In this document: one piece after another, positions 1-4,554 of the stretch
Numbering within the stretch: the first letter of the stretch is position 1
Layout: each line of letters begins with the position of its first letter
Origin: a virus
Lineage: Duplodnaviria; Heunggongvirae; Uroviricota; Caudoviricetes
Virus record (IMG/VR): IMGVR_UViG_2534682160_000014
Length of the DNA stretch: 9,907 nt
Strand: one strand, 5' to 3'
Translations under genes and position numbers: made by a program
Notes under the pieces: generated by a model
What the model was told of the DNA's origin: nothing
Seen by the model: the letters and a program-made list of their open reading frames with translations, nothing else
Database searches by the model: none

Positions 1-1242
1 ATGGCGAGAAAAACACCCCCATTAACCACAGTACAGATCAAAGCAGCCAGACCAGCAGAAAAGGAATACACCCTACAGGACGGCGGAGGGCTTTTTCTCC
101 TGATCAAACCGTCTGGATCAAAACTCTGGAGATTTTCCTACTACCGACCATCGGACAAAAAAAGAATATTGCTGAGTTTTGGATCGCTTGATGATGTTTC
201 CCTGGCTGATGCCAGAAAACGCCGTAGCGAGTACAGGGCGTTAATTCGTGCCGGAACTGACCCGCAGGACCACGAGAGGCAAAAAAGAGAGGCAGAGGCC
301 CGAAGACAAGGGAACACGTTCGAAAATGTGGCAACAGCATGGTACCAGGTGAAAATCAGCCAGAATCTGGCCCCCAATACGATTAAAGACATCTGGCGAT
401 CGCTGGAAAAATATGTATTCCCGTTCATCGGCAACACGCCAATAGACACCCTGACCGCTCGCAGGTTTGTTGAGGTGCTTACCCCCATCAAGGAACGTGG
501 CAACCTGGAAACGCTCAAGCGAGTTTTACAGCGTGTAAATGAGGTAATGGATTACGCCGCCAATAGTGGGATGATTGATGCCAATCCGGCTATGAATGTG
601 CGTAAGGCGTTCCCCTCCCCTGTAAAAAAACATATGCCAACAATCCGCCCCGAACAGCTGCCGGAGCTTATGCAGGCTTTATCAGTATCGGCAACAGAAC
701 GGCAGACCAGATTACTGATTGAATGGCAGTTACTGACCGTAACCCGTCCCGTTGAAGCATCGTCGGCACGCTGGGAAGAAATCGACATGGAGGCGCAACG
801 CTGGACCATACCCGCCGGACGCATGAAGATGCGCCGCGACCACGTTATCCCGCTTTGTGACCAGGCTATGGCAGTGCTGGAGGCTATGAAACCAATCAGC
901 CACCACCGCGATTATGTTTTCCCGAGTCTGAAAGCCCCACGGCAGCCGATGAACAGCCAGACAGCAAACGCAGCATTACGACGCATGGGGTTCGCTGGCG
1001 TGCTGGTGTCTCATGGATTACGCGCCATATTCAGCACAGCAGCGAACGAGGAAGGATTCGAGCCGGACGTAATCGAGGCGGCACTTGCCCACGTCGACAC
1101 CAACGAAGTCAGACGGGCATACAACCGGAGCAACTACATAGAAAAACGCGTGGTGCTTATGCGCTGGTGGGGCGAATTTGTCGAGGCTGCGGCGACGGGC
1201 GTAACCCTCGCCAGTGGTAAAAGGGGTATCCGAGCCGTTTAG
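1..1242 (+). CDS. int: Tyrosine site-specific integrase, P4-like family
   Basis: 413-aa ORF from the ATG at position 1 to TAG at 1240-1242. The C-terminal region carries catalytic-type motifs (HGLRAIFSTAA; AYNRSNYIEKR with the presumed nucleophile Tyr), and the N-terminal ~90 aa is basic and arm-binding-like, as in P4-type integrases. Confidence 0.93.
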   Translation: MARKTPPLTTVQIKAARPAEKEYTLQDGGGLFLLIKPSGSKLWRFSYYRPSDKKRILLSFGSLDDVSLADARKRRSEYRALIRAGTDPQDHERQKREAEARRQGNTFENVATAWYQVKISQNLAPNTIKDIWRSLEKYVFPFIGNTPIDTLTARRFVEVLTPIKERGNLETLKRVLQRVNEVMDYAANSGMIDANPAMNVRKAFPSPVKKHMPTIRPEQLPELMQALSVSATERQTRLLIEWQLLTVTRPVEASSARWEEIDMEAQRWTIPAGRMKMRRDHVIPLCDQAMAVLEAMKPISHHRDYVFPSLKAPRQPMNSQTANAALRRMGFAGVLVSHGLRAIFSTAANEEGFEPDVIEAALAHVDTNEVRRAYNRSNYIEKRVVLMRWWGEFVEAAATGVTLASGKRGIRAV

Positions 1243-1319
1243 CTGTACAGAAAACCAGTAAAAACTACGAAAACCATTTAAAACCGTCGTATAATTGCAT
1301 CACATTTAACGACGAGGCC

Positions 1320-1571
1320 TTGAAAAATGAAACCGTTAAGATGCAAACAAATTTCAGATGCAATTGCGACGGGCTGCAACTGGCCCTGATGGTTCAGCAT
1401 GAATTTTGGTCAACCTACGATCCGGAGGACAGAACGACGGCCCCATCAAAAAAACAGGTAGTAGATTTCCTGGTATCCCGTGGAGCTTCCAGAAATCTGG
1501 CTGTAAGTATTGATAAGGTTGTACGTCCGGCATCCATGAAGACCGGAGGCAGGCCCAAAAAATGGCGGTAA
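1320..1571 (+). CDS. Hypothetical small basic protein (83 aa from TTG 1320; 76 aa if the first ATG at 1341 is used)
   Basis: Open frame ending TAA 1569-1571, immediately followed by a strong + strand intrinsic terminator. No recognisable family. Start codon uncertain because neither candidate has a strong SD. A TATAAT hexamer lies at 1293-1298. Confidence 0.45.
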   Translation: MKNETVKMQTNFRCNCDGLQLALMVQHEFWSTYDPEDRTTAPSKKQVVDFLVSRGASRNLAVSIDKVVRPASMKTGGRPKKWR

Positions 1572-1580
1572 CAATCCTGA

Positions 1581-1605
1581 AAGCGGCAGAAATGCCGCTT
1601 TTTTT
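1581..1605 (+). terminator. Rho-independent terminator closing the int / small-ORF unit
   Basis: Perfect 8-bp stem aagcggca / tgccgctt with a GAAA loop (1581-1600), followed by T6 (1600-1605). Confidence 0.85.
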
Positions 1606-1633
1606 ATAAATCCCTTTCAAATCATCAATATAA

Positions 1634-1668
1634 AAAACGGTGTATACCGTTTAAAAACGGTGAGTACT
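1634..1668 (+). promoter_or_regulatory. Direct repeats (aaaaacggtg x2, 19 bp apart) with a short dyad aacggt/accgtt in the alpA upstream region; candidate regulator binding sites
   Basis: aaaaacggtg at 1634-1643 and 1653-1662; the first copy is followed by an aacggt-gtat-accgtt dyad. Located ~70-100 bp upstream of the alpA-like ATG at 1739. Confidence 0.3.
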
Positions 1669-1738
1669 GTTTTTCCCTGCATCCGATGATTTACCGTATT
1701 TCTCACCGGAATACACCGGATTAATGAGGTAAATCACG

Positions 1739-1944
1739 ATGGAAGCAATCAAAAAAGTCATCTTTCGCCAGGAAGTAAAAAACTTATCCATATTAAGGCA
1801 GACAGCACGCTGCAAAGCATGATCAACGCCGGAGAATTCCCGCAGGGTTTTCGTGTCGGTTTGCGCCGTCGCGGATGGTATGAGGAAGACGTAATCGCAT
1901 GGATGAAAGAACGCGAACAAGAAGCGCGCGGAACGACCGCTTAA
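1739..1944 (+). pseudogene. alpA: AlpA-family (phage transcriptional regulator) gene, apparently disrupted by a 1-nt frameshift in an A6 tract, or a sequencing error at the homopolymer
   Basis: ATG at 1739 with an SD (GAGGT, 1726-1730) opens a frame reading MEAIKKVIFRQEVKN... that stops at TGA 1820-1822. The AlpA-like HTH and C-terminus (…DSTLQSMINAGEFPQGFRVGLRRRGWYEEDVIAWMKERE…) are in the -1 frame, open from 1688 to TAA 1942-1944 but with no ATG/GTG/TTG start upstream of 1819. The frames can be joined at A6 (1777-1782); one extra A gives a continuous 68-aa AlpA-like protein. Confidence 0.55.
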
Positions 1945-1969
1945 CATATATAGGGCAAATGATGAACAT

Positions 1970-1995
1970 AAAAAAAGCGGCCCCGAAATGGAGCC
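1970..1995 (-). terminator. Probable intrinsic terminator for the leftward operon ending at 2066
   Basis: On the minus strand: GGCUCC-AUUUC-GGGGCC hairpin (includes a G-U pair) followed by a U7 run (plus-strand A-run 1970-1976). Lies ~70 nt downstream of the minus-strand stop at 2066-2068. Confidence 0.4.
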
Positions 1996-2065
1996 ACCTT
2001 TCTGAACAATTAACCCGCTGCGCCGTATGTGTCAACAATCATAAGCCTGGGCATGATAACCGCGA

Positions 2066-2269
2066 TCAGGCTGGTGGGCAATTATCTTTCTTGTTGGGGC
2101 CGTATTGTGCTGCCATTTTCATCCGTTCAGAACGTGAATATTTTTTTAGAAACTCATCAAGGACAAAAGCGCATGGTGCGAATCTTTCTGATTCATGCTC
2201 GAGCGCCATATTTTCGTGCTCTCTGTTCGTTTTTTGCGATGGTGTATCGATTGATTCTTTATTGGTCAT
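2066..2269 (-). CDS. Hypothetical small protein (67 aa), second gene of leftward module B; paralog of the 2720..2947 product
   Basis: ORF MTNKES…NCPPA. The start ATG is 9 nt downstream of the conserved 44-nt element. It shares the MTN start and an internal C-A-x-x-x-x-E-x-L block with the 75-aa paralog. Confidence 0.5.
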   Translation of the reverse strand: MTNKESIDTPSQKTNREHENMALEHESERFAPCAFVLDEFLKKYSRSERMKMAAQYGPNKKDNCPPA

Positions 2270-2277
2270 TGTGTGTA

Positions 2278-2321
2278 CCTGTAAAGCAATGCGCCGTAGT
2301 ACCTCACGCCACGGCGCTGAT
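2278..2321 (-). repeat. Conserved 44-nt intergenic hairpin element, copy 1 (between the RHH stop and the small-protein start)
   Basis: mRNA sense: AUCAGCGCCGUGGCGUGAGGUACUACGGCGCAUUGCUUUACAGG. 7-bp stem GCGCCGU/ACGGCGC, 13-nt loop containing GAGGU. Matches 2956-2999 at 43 of 44 positions, with identical placement (begins 5 nt after the upstream stop, ends 9 nt before the downstream ATG). Confidence 0.7.
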
Positions 2322-2326
2322 GTTTT

Positions 2327-2500
2327 TTATCCTTTGGGTTCAATACCGCGTTGCTGTAATTCTTTTCGGAGTACTCGCTTGATCCAGGTGGCTAAAGAAG
2401 TGTCACCGTCTGCTTTCGCTGCCTCTTCAAGTTGTGCTCTGAATTCTTCTGGTAGCCGCATTTGGTATGGAGGCGATCGCTTTTTCAATGGTGTTGACAT
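2327..2500 (-). CDS. Arc/Mnt-like ribbon-helix-helix transcriptional repressor (57 aa)
   Basis: Not in the ORF track (short). Translation from ATG (complement of 2498-2500): MSTPLKKRSPPYQMRLPEEFRAQLEEAAKADGDTSLATWIKRVLRKELQQRGIEPKG. The PYQMRLPEEF beta-strand followed by two helices matches the Arc-type RHH pattern. The start codon sits inside a palindromic operator. Confidence 0.7.
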   Translation of the reverse strand: MSTPLKKRSPPYQMRLPEEFRAQLEEAAKADGDTSLATWIKRVLRKELQQRGIEPKG

Positions 2501-2546
2501 GGTAATTACCCTTAATTACTATAGTTACATGGTAATTACCATTGTA
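2494..2546. promoter_or_regulatory. Divergent promoter/operator region of module B
   Basis: Perfect 10-bp palindrome ggtaattacc at 2501-2510 and 2531-2540 (each preceded by acat), plus a partial copy taattac at 2514-2520. Plus strand: TTGACA (2494-2499) - 17 bp - TACTAT (2517-2522). Minus strand: TTGTTT (2568..2563) - 16 bp - TACAAT (2546..2541). Operators overlap both promoters and the RHH start codon. Confidence 0.6.
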
Positions 2547-2562
2547 CTTACCGTTATACAAA

Positions 2563-2609
2563 AAACAACGCCCCGCAGTGGTGGCTCACATACGGGGCGT
2601 CTAACCAAA
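2563..2609. repeat. Conserved hairpin element M2, copy 1; terminator-like on the minus strand and 5' leader on the plus strand
   Basis: Outer stem cgccccg (2569-2575) / cggggcg (2593-2599), inner stem gtg/cac, variable apical loop. On the minus strand it is followed by UUGUUUUUUGU. The paralogous copy at 3303-3349 has identical stems and a different apical loop. Confidence 0.6.
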
Positions 2610-2680
2610 CCATTAATTGAGGTAACGATTATGGCTATAAAAGAGCATAGCTTACTCTTTATACACACACAAACGCCCCG

Positions 2681-2700
2681 GAAACGGAATAATCCGTTTC
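2681..2700. terminator. Hairpin (8-bp stem gaaacgga / tccgtttc, loop ATAA) just downstream of the 2720..2947 minus-strand gene; possible terminator or attenuator
   Basis: Perfect inverted repeat seen directly. U/G-rich sequence follows on the minus strand and a T-rich stretch on the plus strand. Function not resolved. Confidence 0.35.
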
Positions 2701-2719
2701 ATAGTTCGGTTTTGTGTAC

Positions 2720-2947
2720 TCATCCTGGCGGGCGATTCTTACGGGACTTTAGCCGCCGTGGGCAGCTTGCTAAAAATGCCTCCAACGCGAATAGTCCAGG
2801 TTTCATTTCTATCGGTATTAGTTGGATATTCAGAGGATTAGCCAGTTCGGCTTCAAGGCGAGCACAGGTTTCTAACTGCCTTTGCCGAATGATTTCATCT
2901 TCTTGCGTCTGCGTGTCTTGTATTGGTGATAGTGTGTTGTTGGTCAT
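2720..2947 (-). CDS. Hypothetical small protein (75 aa), second gene of leftward module A; paralog of the 2066..2269 product
   Basis: ORF MTNNTLSPIQ…; the ATG is 9 nt downstream of the conserved 44-nt element copy 2. Confidence 0.5.
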   Translation of the reverse strand: MTNNTLSPIQDTQTQEDEIIRQRQLETCARLEAELANPLNIQLIPIEMKPGLFALEAFLASCPRRLKSRKNRPPG

Positions 2948-2955
2948 GGTACTGC

Positions 2956-2999
2956 CCTGTAAAGCAATGCGCCGTAGTACCTCACACCACGGCGCTGAT
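2956..2999 (-). repeat. Conserved 44-nt intergenic hairpin element, copy 2
   Basis: Differs from copy 1 at a single loop position (GGUGUGAGG vs GGCGUGAGG in mRNA sense). Same spacing to the flanking stop and start codons. Confidence 0.7.
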
Positions 3000-3004
3000 A
3001 GTGA

Positions 3005-3184
3005 TTATTCTGATTCTTTGGCCTTGCGGCGCTGGCGGCGTTTGATCTCGCCTTTTGCTGCCGTAACTAGAAATCCGGCGGTACTTTCGCCAGGTTCTTT
3101 AAGTTGCTCAATATCGGTCATTACCTCATGCGGGATTCTGACCGTTGTCATTTGTGATTTTGCGTTCTTTGCACCTGTTGCCAT
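3005..3184 (-). CDS. Ribbon-helix-helix-like small DNA-binding protein (59 aa), first gene of leftward module A
   Basis: ATG (complement of 3182-3184) preceded by SD AGGAGAA. Translation MATGAKNAKSQMTTVRIPHEVMTDIEQLKEPGESTAGFLVTAAKGEIKRRQRRKAKESE has a beta-strand (TVRIP) plus two-helix pattern and a basic tail. The 220-aa track ORF 3005..3667 is a spurious upstream extension. Confidence 0.6.
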   Translation of the reverse strand: MATGAKNAKSQMTTVRIPHEVMTDIEQLKEPGESTAGFLVTAAKGEIKRRQRRKAKESE

Positions 3185-3204
3185 TTCTGGTTCTCCTGAT
3201 AATC

Positions 3205-3297
3205 GGTGTATTTCAGTATACGCAAAAAAAAAGATAAAAAAAGTCTTGCGGTGTATTTCACTTGAATGTAGATTTAAAAATGAAGGTGAAATACACC
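3205..3297. promoter_or_regulatory. Divergent promoter/operator region of module A
   Basis: ggtgtatttca at 3205-3215; ggtgtatttcac at 3250-3261 with its perfect inverted partner gtgaaatacacc at 3286-3297 (24-bp spacer). Plus strand: TTGCGG (3246-3251) - 17 bp - TAGATT (3269-3274). The operator sequence is different from module B. Confidence 0.55.
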
Positions 3298-3302
3298 TAA
3301 AA

Positions 3303-3349
3303 CAACAACGCCCCGCAGTGATGGGAACACATACGGGGCGTCTAACCAA
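3303..3349. repeat. Conserved hairpin element M2, copy 2
   Basis: cgccccg (3309-3315) / cggggcg (3334-3340) with inner gtg/cac. T-rich on the minus-strand 3' side. Followed on the plus strand by an SD (GAGGAG) and the ATG at 3371. Confidence 0.6.
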
Positions 3350-3370
3350 CAACGTAAACGAGGAGCCGTT

Positions 3371-3571
3371 ATGGTTGCCGTAAATCATACCCCACACCTT
3401 GTACACACACAAACTGCCTTTGTGTGGCGTTTTCTGGCACTGAGTGCCGGAGAATCTCAAATCATCCACGTAACCGCCTGGACGGAACGCGAAGCGCGTA
3501 ACCGTTGCCCGTCCGGTTGTGTTGCTGTATTTGCCGCCCGTATTCGCCAGGGGGAAACCTATGCACAATAA
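3371..3571 (+). CDS. Possible leader ORF (66 aa) at the head of the rightward operon
   Basis: ATG with a good SD. The N-terminus MVAVNHTPHLVHTQT parallels MAIKEHSLLFIHTQT at the equivalent site in module B (ATG 2631). The rest has no recognisable features and overlaps the next gene's start. Coding status uncertain. Confidence 0.3.
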   Translation: MVAVNHTPHLVHTQTAFVWRFLALSAGESQIIHVTAWTEREARNRCPSGCVAVFAARIRQGETYAQ

Positions 3572-3800
3572 AACCACACCGGACGCAGCAGCCGCCGCGC
3601 TCACTACGCTGATGCACGCGCTGATTGATATTTCTGTTATTGCTGACAGGGCGCATAAGCACGCCACCAGTGAAACAGAATATGCAGGGGCTTTCGTTCC
3701 TCATTCGCTGGCGGTTATGCAACTTAGTGCGGATATGGCGCTGAATGAGGCCAAAGCCATCCTGATTGCTGATTGTGAAAATGGGGGGGGTTATGCGTGA
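3561..3800 (+). CDS. Hypothetical protein (79 aa from ATG 3561; the track gives a GTG start at 3519)
   Basis: ATG 3561 preceded by AGGGGGAA. Ala-rich helical protein. The stop TGA 3798-3800 overlaps the next start. Confidence 0.5.
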   Translation: MHNKTTPDAAAAALTTLMHALIDISVIADRAHKHATSETEYAGAFVPHSLAVMQLSADMALNEAKAILIADCENGGGYA

Positions 3801-4014
3801 TGATCGTTTTAATTCCCTGAAACAAGAATTTTCCGGCGTTCCTGATGATGCGGCTGATGCGCTTTCGTCAATATCTGAAATTATGCGGGTGGCTTTTTTC
3901 TTTCTTTGCACTGATGAGCACAGAGATACAGGGCTAAATATTCTTGATATTGCCGCTAACTATGCTGATTTCGTGACAGAAGCTGTTTTAAGAAAAACAA
4001 CGGACGGGGATTAA
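3793..4014 (+). CDS. Hypothetical acidic protein (73 aa; alternative starts at 3781 or 3766)
   Basis: ATG 3793 directly after a G8 run (3783-3790) that can serve as the SD. Stop TAA 4012-4014. Confidence 0.5.
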   Translation: MRDDRFNSLKQEFSGVPDDAADALSSISEIMRVAFFFLCTDEHRDTGLNILDIAANYADFVTEAVLRKTTDGD

Positions 4015-4015
4015 T

Positions 4016-4249
4016 ATGCGTGATATTTATCTTGAAACAATAGACCGCGCATTTAGTGCCCTTGCTTACGCTGAAGGTATGTACGAAATATTGCAAATGT
4101 GGCTGGAAAAATTTGACGATAATGAGCGTGATGTAAAGAAGGCGCGGATTATTAAATCATTGATAACTCTCCTTGAACCTGTAATAACAGAGTTGCAGGA
4201 AATAGACCTATTGCACGACAGATATAACGAACAGCACACCGGAGAATAA
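4016..4249 (+). CDS. Hypothetical helical protein (77 aa)
   Basis: ATG 4016 one base after the preceding stop, with SD ACGGGGA. No family recognised. Confidence 0.55.
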   Translation: MRDIYLETIDRAFSALAYAEGMYEILQMWLEKFDDNERDVKKARIIKSLITLLEPVITELQEIDLLHDRYNEQHTGE

Positions 4250-4254
4250 AAATA

Positions 4255-4554
4255 ATGAAACTTAAATATTCTGGCTTAACTGCCAGTGGCAACACTCACC
4301 CTAAATTTACGCGCGGTGATATTTACCGCGACCAGTACGGCGGCACGGTAATGATTAAGGGCGTGGCGGGACGGTGCGTAACTTACCGCCGTGAAGGTTA
4401 CGAATATGATTGCGTGATGCCTGTTTATCAGTTCCGGCGTGATTTTTCTCTGGTACAGACCGCGCCGCATAACGTGCCCACCAGCAACGCCAGCGCACGG
4501 GCAAACATCCAGAAGCTGAAAACCATGATTAACGGATTCAGGGGTAAAAAATGA
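4255..4554 (+). CDS. Hypothetical protein (99 aa)
   Basis: ATG 4255 with upstream GGAGAA. The stop overlaps the rep start (ATGA at 4551-4554), indicating translational coupling. Confidence 0.55.
   Translation: MKLKYSGLTASGNTHPKFTRGDIYRDQYGGTVMIKGVAGRCVTYRREGYEYDCVMPVYQFRRDFSLVQTAPHNVPTSNASARANIQKLKTMINGFRGKK

Noticed and set aside
2066-3184. Calling the RHH plus small-protein pairs classical toxin-antitoxin systems
   Set aside because: The RHH-first gene order fits, but the downstream proteins are small, highly charged and resemble no toxin family I recognise, and the conserved RNA hairpin between the genes is not a typical TA feature. Left as an open possibility in the findings rather than as a call.
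1899-3383. 494-codon open frame on the plus strand (track ORF MDERTRTRSARN…)
   Set aside because: The translation is Cys/Ser-rich and low-complexity. It runs antisense across four well-supported minus-strand genes and through the promoters and conserved hairpins. Only the first ~15 codons after the internal ATG at 2631 show any conservation. Treated as antisense read-through, not a gene.
3005-3667. 220-aa minus-strand ORF in the track
   Set aside because: Only the last 59 codons (3005..3184) have an SD and ATG and an RHH-like sequence. The upstream part crosses the operator region, the M2 hairpin and the leader of the rightward operon.
3462-3911. 149-aa minus-strand ORF
   Set aside because: Antisense to two plus-strand genes that have SD-ATG starts and are translationally coupled; no start context of its own.
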